Source: Crocinitomicaceae bacterium (GTDB lineage: Bacteria; Bacteroidota; Bacteroidia; Flavobacteriales_D; Crocinitomicaceae). From it: a DNA stretch of 56,944 bases. The notes below the pieces were generated by a model that was not told the origin of the DNA, did not search any database, and saw only the letters and a list, made by a program, of their open reading frames with translations. How positions within the stretch are numbered: the first letter of the stretch is position 1; each line of letters opens with the position of its first letter. The translations under genes and the position numbers were made by a program. This document shows, piece by piece, positions 45,350-55,100 of the stretch. The stretch lies in NCBI GenBank assembly GCA_044339705.1, contig JBIIVA010000001.1, positions 1 to 56,944 of the forward strand. The letters are read 5' to 3'.

Positions 45350-48300
45350 ATGTTTCGCAAAATAGTTCTATACATCCTGTTTATAAACTGTTTCATTTGC
45401 GGTTCCATTTTTAGTCAACAATTTATTTTTGATTTTACTGGAGGAGATCAGTCATTTACCGTTCCTGCAGGTGTTACTTGTTTGGATGTTAAGATGTGGG
45501 GCGGCGGCGGAGGTTCTGCTGATAACTCAAATGGAGGATATGGGGGCGGAGCAGCTTTTGTGGGTGGTAGATTGAATGTTACTCCTGGTCAGGTTTTGAC
45601 AATTAGAGTGGGAGGTGGTGGAGCCGCTGGGACAACAGGTGGCAACGCTGCAAATGGTTCTAGTGCCTTTCCGAATGGTGGTGTTGGACGCAGACAAGCA
45701 CGTGGAGGTGGAAACGGTGGTGGATTTAGTGCAATTTTTTTAGGAACTAATCCTCTAGCAATAGCAGGTGGTGGTGGTGGTGGAGCAGGAAGTGGATCAT
45801 CAAGTGGTAACGGGACAAATTATTGTGGTGGCGTTGGTGCTCAAGTTGGTCAAAATGGCACAAGAGGAGGAGAACGAAATGGTTGTGCTACGGGTGCGGG
45901 AGGTTGTGGTGGAAATGCCAATGGAACAAATAATAATTGTTTAATTCCATCTTCAACTTTTGCAAATGGTTATCAAGGAGGAAATGGAGAAAGCGGAGGA
46001 TTTACTTATGGCGGCGGCGGCGGCGGCGGCGGTTATGCCGGTGGACAAGGTGGCGCAAGCGGAGGAAACAACAGTGGCGGTGGTGGTGGTGGTTCCTCAT
46101 TTTTCTCCGGAACTCAATTAAATTCAGCTTCAGGCAACACAAACAATGCTGGAAATCAAAATGATCCGTTGAACTTAGGAGCCTACGGACGAGGCGGTGC
46201 AAGAAGCGGATCTGGTTCAGGGAATACAGGAAATGCCGGACAAAACGGTCGAATTGTATTGATTGTGGCAAATCAAACTACGCCCACATTCAGTGGTATA
46301 CCAAATGCAGTATGTCCTGGAAACCCTGTTCCGAGTTTACCAACAACATCCAATGAGGGGATAACTGGCACATGGTCACCGGCAACCATAAATACAGCTC
46401 AAACAACAACGTATACTTTTACGCCAAGCGGGTCGAGTTGTGCGAATACAGCGCAAGTGACGATCACTGGAGGATTAGATGCTACAATCAGCACAAGCAA
46501 TGGAGTAAATACGATATGTCCAGGAGGCACAGTGGTTCTGAATGTCGCCAGTGGCTCGAGTTACCAATGGTTTCAAAATGGAAATGCAATTCCGGGTGCT
46601 ACTTCACAAACATACCCAGCCACCCAATCGGGTTCATATTCCGTTACTGTAGATTATGGAAGCTGCCAGCTCACTTCGAACAATTTTGTATTGAATACAG
46701 ATCCAACAGGTTGTGGTTCAGATACGATTATCTATGATTATACGGGAGGAGATCAAACTTTTGATGTACCAGCCGGGGTAACGTGTATCGATGTTTTGTT
46801 ATGGGGAGCAGGAGGCGGATCGGGAGATAATACGGATGGAGGAAATGGCGGCGGTGGAGCCTTTGTTCGAGGCAGTGTCGGTGTTACCCCTGGTCAAACA
46901 TTAACGGTAATGGTTGGTGGTGGGGGAAGTAAAGGCAGTGTTTCTGGCGGAGGGAATTATCAAATGACGTCAGTTTATGGCGGTGGTGGTCGAGGAAGAA
47001 GTGAAAATCGTGGCGGCGGTGGCGGCGGTGGTCGCAGTGCTATTCGATTAGGAACAGCAGAATGGGCAACCGCAGCGGGTGGCGGTGGTGGAGCCGGAAG
47101 TGGTTCAAGTGGAGGAGATGGAACGAGGTATTGTGGTGGTGGTGGTGGTGCATTAAACGGAAATGGAACGCGTGGAGGAGATCGTAGTGGTTGCTCAACA
47201 GGAGCCGGAGGTTGCGGAGGAACACCAACTGCCCCTCAAAGTTGCACGGGTGGAGCAGACGGCACACAGTTTATAGGAGGTGATGGAGAAGACATAGGAA
47301 ATCAGACTTATGGCGGCGGTGGCGGCGGTAGCGGATATTATGGTGGAGAAGGAGGTGCTACCGGAGGTAATAATAGCGGTGGCGGTGGCGGTGGATCATC
47401 CTATATTCTACCTACGGCAATCAGCGTGAGTAGCGATGCGGGATCTAGTGGTGGAACAGGTGGTAATGCAACTACAGCTGCAGGCAACTGGACAAACTCA
47501 CTCAATCAGAGTTTGTATGGTGGTGGTGGAGGAAGAGGAGGATCCAATCAAGATAATTCAGGAAATCAGGGTCAGAATGGTCGCATTGTAATTATTCTTT
47601 CGAATTCAATTTCTCCAACTTTTAATGGAATACCAACTATTGTTTGTCAAAATGCTAGTGCACCAAGTTTACCAACCACATCGAATGAAGGGATAACTGG
47701 AAATTGGTCTCCTGCAACTATTAATACCAGTCAAACTACAACCTATACATTTACGCCAAATCCTCAATTTTGTGCTCAATCAGTTCAAATTACAATCAAT
47801 GTGCCTCAGAATCCTGTAATTTCCTCATCGGGAGGCAACAATGTAATATGTACGGGTCAAACGATTAATTTGAGTGCAACCGGTGGAACTTCTTATCAAT
47901 GGCAGTTAAATGGCGTTGACATATCTGGAGCAACAAACTCAACGTTCGTTGCATCGCAAGGTGGAAATTACACAGTCACTGCATTTAATGGTTCATGTTC
48001 TAATTCTTCCGCGGTATTTGTATTAACTCTTTTTAATCCAACAGTAAGTGGAACAGGTGGAAGTACACAAATTTGCCCGGGAGGTACGTTGGTTTTAACA
48101 GCAACAAATGGTGTGAGTTATCAATGGCAATTAAACGGGGTTAATATTCCTGGAGCAACTGCAAGTTCTTACACAGCTAATGGTCCCGGTGTTTACAATG
48201 TGGTTGTGAATAATGGAATTTGTTCGTCAACATCGGCTAATTTTGTCCTGACAGAGATAGTTAATCCAACAATTAACATCAATGTGAGTTCTCCAAGTGC

Positions 48301-49048
48301 TTGTATTCCAACTACAGGAACAGTATCTTCCGATGGCAATTTTACAAATATTACTTGGTTCATTAACAGTGCACAAGCATCAACAAGTCCAAGTTTTTCG
48401 TTTCAGTTTACAAGTCCGGGATGTTACATAATTTCGGCAAATGGAACTCTAAATAATGGTTGCAATGTAATTGTCACTGATTCAGCAGCAATTTGTTTAG
48501 ACGAGTTACCTTTTGCATTGTTTTCAGCAAGTCCCTTCTCGTTCAGTGCTGAAGCTGAAACAATCAACTTTACAAATCAATCGAGTGAAAATACAGTCTC
48601 TTACAATTGGAATTTTGGTAATGGGAGTTCTAGTTTAGACTCAAACGCAATGCACACATTTTATAATACCGAAAATGGTTATACGGTTACTTTGACTGCC
48701 TATACTGAGAATGGTTGTTCGGATGATTATTCTTTGAATATTCCTTTTGATCCGGAATCCGTTTTTTATATTCCAAACTCATTTACACCTGACGGAGATG
48801 GGTTTAATCAAGTCTTTAAACCAATTTTTACATTTGGTTACGATCCGTTTAATTTTGAAATGTTAATATACAACCGTTGGGGAGAATTAATTTTTGAATC
48901 CCGAAATGCTAATATTGGTTGGGATGGCTCATATGGTAATTTTGGTCGAAGTGTGCAACAGGGGATTTATACCTATAAAATAACGTTTAAAAATCCCAAT
49001 AGAGATGAGCGTCAAATTGTTTCAGGACATGTAACCTTGATTAGGTAA
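45350..49048 (+). CDS. Giant T9SS type B cargo with two glycine-rich (ALK/LTK Gly_rich-like) domains, Ig-like repeats and a PKD-like domain
   Basis: It has a signal peptide and two copies of F-x-(F/Y)TGGDQ-x-F-x-VPAGVTC-x-DV..WG.GGG... followed by long GGG-rich stretches ending GQNGRIV(L/I)I. There are three YQWQ-type Ig-like repeats. The C-terminal gliding-motility type B CTD is FYIPNSFTPDGDGFNQVFKP...IYNRWGELIFES...GWDGSY...GIYTYKI. Confidence 0.8.
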   Translation: MFRKIVLYILFINCFICGSIFSQQFIFDFTGGDQSFTVPAGVTCLDVKMWGGGGGSADNSNGGYGGGAAFVGGRLNVTPGQVLTIRVGGGGAAGTTGGNAANGSSAFPNGGVGRRQARGGGNGGGFSAIFLGTNPLAIAGGGGGGAGSGSSSGNGTNYCGGVGAQVGQNGTRGGERNGCATGAGGCGGNANGTNNNCLIPSSTFANGYQGGNGESGGFTYGGGGGGGGYAGGQGGASGGNNSGGGGGGSSFFSGTQLNSASGNTNNAGNQNDPLNLGAYGRGGARSGSGSGNTGNAGQNGRIVLIVANQTTPTFSGIPNAVCPGNPVPSLPTTSNEGITGTWSPATINTAQTTTYTFTPSGSSCANTAQVTITGGLDATISTSNGVNTICPGGTVVLNVASGSSYQWFQNGNAIPGATSQTYPATQSGSYSVTVDYGSCQLTSNNFVLNTDPTGCGSDTIIYDYTGGDQTFDVPAGVTCIDVLLWGAGGGSGDNTDGGNGGGGAFVRGSVGVTPGQTLTVMVGGGGSKGSVSGGGNYQMTSVYGGGGRGRSENRGGGGGGGRSAIRLGTAEWATAAGGGGGAGSGSSGGDGTRYCGGGGGALNGNGTRGGDRSGCSTGAGGCGGTPTAPQSCTGGADGTQFIGGDGEDIGNQTYGGGGGGSGYYGGEGGATGGNNSGGGGGGSSYILPTAISVSSDAGSSGGTGGNATTAAGNWTNSLNQSLYGGGGGRGGSNQDNSGNQGQNGRIVIILSNSISPTFNGIPTIVCQNASAPSLPTTSNEGITGNWSPATINTSQTTTYTFTPNPQFCAQSVQITINVPQNPVISSSGGNNVICTGQTINLSATGGTSYQWQLNGVDISGATNSTFVASQGGNYTVTAFNGSCSNSSAVFVLTLFNPTVSGTGGSTQICPGGTLVLTATNGVSYQWQLNGVNIPGATASSYTANGPGVYNVVVNNGICSSTSANFVLTEIVNPTININVSSPSACIPTTGTVSSDGNFTNITWFINSAQASTSPSFSFQFTSPGCYIISANGTLNNGCNVIVTDSAAICLDELPFALFSASPFSFSAEAETINFTNQSSENTVSYNWNFGNGSSSLDSNAMHTFYNTENGYTVTLTAYTENGCSDDYSLNIPFDPESVFYIPNSFTPDGDGFNQVFKPIFTFGYDPFNFEMLIYNRWGELIFESRNANIGWDGSYGNFGRSVQQGIYTYKITFKNPNRDERQIVSGHVTLIR
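45419..48034 (+). repeat. Internal tandem duplication of a ~1.3-kb coding module (module A about 45419-46714, module B about 46724-48034)
   Basis: The two protein modules (aa 24-455 and 459-895) are colinear. Each has a Gly-rich domain, then PTF(S/N)GIP...SLPTTSNEGITG(T/N)WSPATINT.QTTTYTFTP, then an Ig-like YQW repeat. They are clearly diverged rather than identical. Confidence 0.75.
46010..46033 (+). repeat. Perfect (GGC)7 + GGT triplet tract encoding Gly8
   Basis: The sequence is tat ggc ggc ggc ggc ggc ggc ggc ggt tat, in frame within Gly-rich domain A. Confidence 0.9.
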
Positions 49049-49226
49049 ATCGAAGCAGATGCGATTCTTGTTGATATCAACGCTTCCAAAAAATGACCAA
49101 ATTGACCAAAATTACTGAGGTCACCAAAATTGCCATTCAGAATAAAATTGTTTTAGTTAAAAAGAATGCAACAAGATTTATTGAAATCAAAAAAAATGGC
49201 AAGCAGATGGAGTTTTCCTTTATTTT

Positions 49227-49793
49227 TTATCGGAAATCATAAAACCCATTAGGGGTAATGCAGTAATGTAACGCCACATCATCCGAATTTATATCATCGA
49301 TCACAACAAATTCGTCAAAAATATTTAATCCAATAAATATGCAATTAGGCTTGCATTTGGAGAGAAGTTTATCATAAAAGCCCTTTCCGTATCCAACCCG
49401 ATGCCCTCTATTGTTAATTGCAAGTAATGGCACGAATACATAGTCTAACATTACTTCTGGAATTTCTTCTCCAAATTTTGGCTCTGGGATCCCAAAAGAA
49501 TTTACCTCAAGTTGAGAAGTTTTCTCATACTTGTAATGTATTAAGGAATGATCATCGAAATTAGAACGTGATAGCGCGATTGTCCCGCCTCTTAGCATTA
49601 TTTCCTCTACTAGTTCATAGGTGTTGATCTCTTTCTGTTTTTCAATAGGTAAAAATACGCTAACGATTTTACCCTGAAAATCGAAACGTTCTAGTACAAT
49701 TTTTGTACATACCTCTGAAATTCGGTTTAGTTCAAATGGAGCAACGTACTTACGACGTTCTTTAAACGCTTTGCGAATCTCTGATTTTAGCAT
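49227..49793 (-). CDS. 5-formyltetrahydrofolate cyclo-ligase
   Basis: 188 aa. It has an N-terminal K-x-x-IR-x-x-x-x-x-RR and the conserved HRVGYGKGFYDKLL motif. Confidence 0.85.
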   Translation of the reverse strand: MLKSEIRKAFKERRKYVAPFELNRISEVCTKIVLERFDFQGKIVSVFLPIEKQKEINTYELVEEIMLRGGTIALSRSNFDDHSLIHYKYEKTSQLEVNSFGIPEPKFGEEIPEVMLDYVFVPLLAINNRGHRVGYGKGFYDKLLSKCKPNCIFIGLNIFDEFVVIDDINSDDVALHYCITPNGFYDFR

Positions 49794-49802
49794 GAAAAAA
49801 GC

Positions 49803-52043
49803 TTAAAGTCTTACTCGTAAATCGAATAGCTTGCGATTGTCAACAATATCAGCCTTTTTTCTCAAAGCTGATAATGCTTGAGATTGAACAGATCCCTTCA
49901 TTGCATTCAACAGTTGGTCTCTTTCAACAGTTGTATTAGCCGTCGGAGCTTTTATTGTTTTGTTTACGACTATAACGTAAACCCCATTCTTCCCTTTTAG
50001 TGGCAGTGTTCTCTTTTTATCTTTGATTGCCGAAAAAAGAGCTCCGATAATTTCTGGTTCATATCCGGCATTGTTGATTTGAGGGGTTCCAAAGGTAACA
50101 TCAGCGGTCATTACTGCCGTATTTCCTGCTTTTGCTAATTTCTCCAAACTCTTACTTTTTGCCATTTGATTGATTAGTCGTTTCGCTTTTTTCTCTTCCA
50201 TTAAATCACGTTCCATTTGTGCTTTGACATCCTCGAATTTTGGCTCACCTTTCTCTTTAATTGAGGATACCATGGCAATAATATATTTGTCTTTATCTTT
50301 TATTGGATAGGAAGTAAGTGTCCCCACTTCAACATTTAGTCCATAGGCCAACTCTAAAATTTTATCAGATGCAAGAGTGGTGGTAAACCCATAAACTTTC
50401 GGGCTATTATCTTCAATCTGAATTGGTCGAGGGAATTTTTTTGCTTGCGTCACAATTGTATCAAAAAGTGCTACTTTTTTGAGTGGATCTTCTTCTTTTG
50501 AAATTTTTCGATCTAATTTATATAAGATTTGAGTAACCTCACTCTCTTTACTGGATATGGTTGCCTCAGAAGCTTTGAAAGGTTGAGAAACAGAAACCAA
50601 TAGTGGTAATTTGTCTGCAGAGCGATCTAAAACTTCAATAATATGAAATCCGAAATCGGTTTTTACGACACCTATTTTTCCTATTGGTTGGGTTGCACAG
50701 AAATCACTGAATTCTTTAACCATTTCACCCTCCAAGAAATTTTCATATTTTCCTCCGTTAGTTTTTGATCCAGGGTCTTCTGAGAATTTTTCTACGAAAG
50801 TTCCAAAATTGTCTTTGTTGATAAGCTTTAACAAACTATCAGCGGTTTTCTTTTTTATTTCGATTTGCTTTGCGTCCTTTGATTTGTCAGCTGCAATTAA
50901 AATGTGTCGTGCAGATAACTTTGCCGGAGTGAATCCAATTACTTTTGAAACAAACACATTTTCTCCTGAGTAATACGGCCCAACAATTTGTCCAACATTT
51001 GATTTCTTGAAAATGCTATCTAAAGCTATCGGGTAAGTTTGAAAACGATTTGCCTTTTCATTTCCTTCGGGAACTGCGGTGGCGCGTTTATCACCGAAAT
51101 AAATTTTATTGTAGCTGTTTTTCATAACAAAAATCGAGTCGTTCGCTGATTTTTGAAAGTCGGTTTTTATTTTGTTCATTAAACGCTTGCTCATTAAAGA
51201 GTCTTGGCGGGATGGTGCAATGACCACGTCAAACATCCTAACTTCACGACTAGACGAACGAATAGCATATTTTGAGTCATACTTATGTTCATCATAATAA
51301 GCTTTCAACTCATCGTCTTTGATTTTAATGTCAGCATCGTTGATTTCAGAATAACGACGAACAACAAAAGAGATATTTTTCTTTTCATTATTAGCTCGGT
51401 ATTCATTTTCTGCTTCAAGTTTAGTTACATAGACTCCTTGACTTAACAAACTGAAATACTTTTCTTGTTTTCGTCTATCTGTGTAATATTGCTTGGTACT
51501 ATTCCATTGCTGCACAGCTTGAGGATCTTTGTTTGTTTTGAGTTGTGTCAAAGTAGCTTGCAGTTTTTGCCTTCCATTAATTGTCGACTGTTCAGTAATT
51601 GTACCCGTAAGTGAATCGGTGAAAAACTGAGAAAGATCTTGCAAAACTGAGAAACCATCAGTAGCCATCAAATAAGCATTGAATTCGCGATCAGAAACAC
51701 TGATTCCTAATTCATTATATTCTTTTGCTAAAATAACTGAATCCACCATGAAGTTCCATGATTTATCGTTGGAAGATTCGATTTCTCTTTCACTAAATTC
51801 TTTTTGTTGTTGTTGCGCTTGCATTCGATCTTGATCTTGCACTCGTGCGCTTATTTGGCTGTATTTATTGGCATCTATTTTTTCGCCATAAACAGTACCG
51901 ATTCCATACTCCGTGTTATCTCCAAATAAAGAAAAATTGGGGTTTGCAGTTTTGAATGATTCATAAAGCATCGCAATTCCAACAATTACAAATGCGATAA
52001 CAATAATCATTGAATTATTTCGAATCTTTCCTATTATGGCCAT
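49803..52043 (-). CDS. ppiD: PpiD-like membrane-anchored periplasmic chaperone / parvulin-type peptidyl-prolyl isomerase
   Basis: It has an N-terminal TM anchor (SMIIVIAFVIVGIAMLY), a long SurA_N-like region and a parvulin domain (ARHILIAADK...GGKYENFLEGEMVKEF...FGFHIIEV). Confidence 0.8.
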   Translation of the reverse strand: MAIIGKIRNNSMIIVIAFVIVGIAMLYESFKTANPNFSLFGDNTEYGIGTVYGEKIDANKYSQISARVQDQDRMQAQQQQKEFSEREIESSNDKSWNFMVDSVILAKEYNELGISVSDREFNAYLMATDGFSVLQDLSQFFTDSLTGTITEQSTINGRQKLQATLTQLKTNKDPQAVQQWNSTKQYYTDRRKQEKYFSLLSQGVYVTKLEAENEYRANNEKKNISFVVRRYSEINDADIKIKDDELKAYYDEHKYDSKYAIRSSSREVRMFDVVIAPSRQDSLMSKRLMNKIKTDFQKSANDSIFVMKNSYNKIYFGDKRATAVPEGNEKANRFQTYPIALDSIFKKSNVGQIVGPYYSGENVFVSKVIGFTPAKLSARHILIAADKSKDAKQIEIKKKTADSLLKLINKDNFGTFVEKFSEDPGSKTNGGKYENFLEGEMVKEFSDFCATQPIGKIGVVKTDFGFHIIEVLDRSADKLPLLVSVSQPFKASEATISSKESEVTQILYKLDRKISKEEDPLKKVALFDTIVTQAKKFPRPIQIEDNSPKVYGFTTTLASDKILELAYGLNVEVGTLTSYPIKDKDKYIIAMVSSIKEKGEPKFEDVKAQMERDLMEEKKAKRLINQMAKSKSLEKLAKAGNTAVMTADVTFGTPQINNAGYEPEIIGALFSAIKDKKRTLPLKGKNGVYVIVVNKTIKAPTANTTVERDQLLNAMKGSVQSQALSALRKKADIVDNRKLFDLRVRL

Positions 52044-52116
52044 AATTTAATTTTGAGATCGCGAAGATAGAAAGAAAAGTGCAAAAATGAAAACCAAAAT
52101 GATTGAAAAAGGAGGC

Positions 52117-55100
52117 TTACTTACCGCCTCCCTTGTTATTAGGTTTGTTTTGTTTAATCGTAGGGTTGGTCAAAGGAGTTAAATTGTTGTTTTTTAATGT
52201 GTCAGATGTATTTTTCTTAGGGGTTTCCTTTGGTGTTTCTTTTTTGCTTTCAGTTTTAACCGCATTTTTATTGGTATTGTTGGTCGGAGTCTGTTTATTC
52301 ACAGAGCTTTTATTCGCATTTTGGGTTGCTTTTGTCGTTCCATTCTTTTTAGGAGTCAAGTTACTATTTCCATTGTTTTGATTATTGGTTGGTGTATTGG
52401 AGCCGTTGTTCGTATCGGTTTGACCATTCGGGCCGCCTGAACCTTGACCTGGATTTGAAGAATCCACACCATCTGCATTATTTCCGTTCCCATTAATTGA
52501 ATTTGAACCGGAATTACTTGCTAATTGATAATTTATTAAATAGTTTGCAGCATCACGTCCGCAGGCATTCAGCACAGAAATCGAAATGTTATTAGTTCCC
52601 AAGGTTAAATTAACCAAGAATGAAATCGAGCCATTTACATTTGAAAATGTGTTTACCGGAAGACCATTCAATGATAAATTGACGATTGTATTTGAATTGT
52701 AATTCAATACTTGTGCAACAAAACTGAGCTGGGAATTATTTGTGGTTGTTCCTGATATTGGTGTAGTGTTTACATGGATTACAGGGGTGCTGCAGTTTTC
52801 ATAATTTACAATGAAAGTTTCATTGTCTGATCCACAATTATTTTGAACATCAAGTATAAAAATATTAGAACCAGGACTTAGAACAACGTTAGCTGTCAGC
52901 TCATTTCCAGAGAAGATAATATTCTGAATTATATTTCCATTTAATTTTAATTGAATTCCCTGGGTTGAATTAATGTGTTGAACTGTTGCACTAAATTGAT
53001 AATTGGCGTTGATTATCGGTTGGTTAGGGTTATTGGAGTTAATAATTGTTACCACTGGTGGAATACAATTGTCGTAATTTACAGTAAAAGTTTTTGTATC
53101 ACTTCCACAGCCATTACTAGCATTTACGTAAAAGCTATTGGCACCAGCAGACAAGGTCACATTTGCGGTAATCTGACCATTTGAAAAAATAACGTTTGAT
53201 AATTGTCCGCCGTTATGAGTGACAATTAACTCTTGAGAACTTGAAATGTTTGTGGCACTCAAATTAAGATTATAATTCGGAGAATTGACTGTAGAATTTC
53301 CAACGGATGGATTGTTCATTGTTAAAACTGGTGCTGTGCAATTGTTGTAATTAACTGTGGTAGTTTGAGTAGCATTCCCGCAGGCATTGTTAGCTGAAAT
53401 TGAAAACGTATTTAATCCTTGTGAAAGATTAACAGGGGCCATCAAAACGCCATTATTAAATGTTACCCCTGTGATAGTGTTGCCATTATGTGTTAAAACA
53501 ATACCTTGTAAATTTGGCATATTTTGAACGCTTGCCTGGAAGTTGAATGCAGACGTGTTTACCGTGTTTCCAGAAATATTTGGTTCAGTAATAACCACAA
53601 CTGGAGCAGCACAATTATTGTATGTAACATTAATAAACTTAATGTCATTTCCGCATGAATTGTGAGTCGAAATAGCGATGGTATTGTTTCCTGGAATTAG
53701 ATTTAATGAAGCACTAAAATTACTGTTACTGAAGGAAAACTCTTTTGTGATGCCATTTTGAGTTAACGTGATTCCTTGACTCATAGAATTTGATAGTTGA
53801 GCTGTGATATTAAATAGACTATTGCTTGTTGTTAGGTTTAATTGTGTTGGGTTTGTAAAAGAAATAATAGGAGGAGCACAATTGTCATAATTAACTATTA
53901 CTGCCTCAATATCCACCCCACAATCATTCGTAACTGAAACGGTGACGTTATTATTTCCTGAAATTAAGCTCAAGCTTGAATTTAAGGTTCCATTCGAGAA
54001 AGTGAATGGTTTGATTTGACCGTTTTGCTTAAAAGTGATTGCATTCGCATTACTAACGCCTGTAATGGTTGCTTGATAATTGAAAGTTGCTGACGTAACG
54101 GTAGCGCTATTATTATTTGGGTTTACAGAAACTATTTCTGGAGGAAAACAATTGACAAGGTTAATCGAACTATTTTTAGTCTCTGTTCCACATAAATTAG
54201 TAACTGTGACCGAAAAGGCATTATTGCCATTGATTAAATTTACAGTTGCTTCTATTTGACCATTATAGAATGTAAATGGATGATTCAAACCATTGAATTT
54301 GAAGCTTACTTGTTGGTTATTCGAAATATTATTGGTAAATGCTTTGAAATTGAAACTAGTATTATTTACAGTTACACCGGATGCAGCAGGGTTAATTATG
54401 TTGACTGTTGGTGAAATACAATCATTATAATTGACAACTATCGTCTCGGATGAATTTCCGCAAGTCCTTGTTGCAGAAAGTTTGAACGTATTTGTGCCCG
54501 GGATTAATGATACCGAGCTACTCAATAAACCATTTAAGAATGTATAATTTATCGGCAAGCCATTTTGTGTCAGAACTAAACCGTCTGATGCAGGCATATT
54601 TTGAATGGTTGCATTTAGGGTATATGCGCTCAGGATTACTGTTTGGTTTGTTACATTCGTAATGTCCACAACTGGCGCTTTGCAATTATCATAGGCAACT
54701 ATAATTGTTTCAATATCAGACCCACACGTGTTTGAAGAAGAAATGGTAATGGTATTATTTCCTTGCAATAAATTCAGTGTTGCATCAACCATTTTTGTTG
54801 CGGTATTGAAATTGAAAACAGGTACATTGATATTATTTAGTAGGATCTGAATATCTTGTTTACTTCCAACATTTTCAACTTTTGCCTTTAAATAGGATGT
54901 TGGGACATTTGCAATAGAGTTCATAACGGGTTGACTTACCGAAATCAAAGGCGCATTACATCTTTGATAATTAAGCGTTGTAGTTTCGCTATCAGTACCA
55001 CAATTGTTTGTTGCACGAATTGTAATTGTATTGTTTCCATTGTTCAGATTCACGGGGATTTGAAGCTCGACGTTGTTGTTTGTAAAATTTGTAATATTGA

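Noticed and set aside
45937-46271. Arg/Trp/His-rich ORFs on both strands (45937-46164 +, 46002-46271 -, also 47040-47267 - and 46372-46737 +)
   Set aside because: These are alternative-frame or antisense readings of GGN-rich glycine codon runs inside the 45350-49048 gene. Their composition (poly-R, poly-H) is an artefact.
49093-49242. 49-codon plus-strand ORF (MTKLTKITEVTKIAIQNK...) built on three GACCAAA(A)TT direct repeats after the Gly-rich gene
   Set aside because: The apparent periodic peptide simply reflects short DNA direct repeats. The ORF runs into the convergent 5-formyl-THF cyclo-ligase gene, and no family is recognised. The repeats themselves may be worth a genome-wide copy check, but I would not call a gene.
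52103-52381. 92-aa plus-strand ORF rich in Leu/Phe/Val
   Set aside because: It is antisense to the Lys/Asn/Thr-rich tail of the giant protein gene (AAA/AAC codons read as TTT/GTT), so it is a composition artefact.
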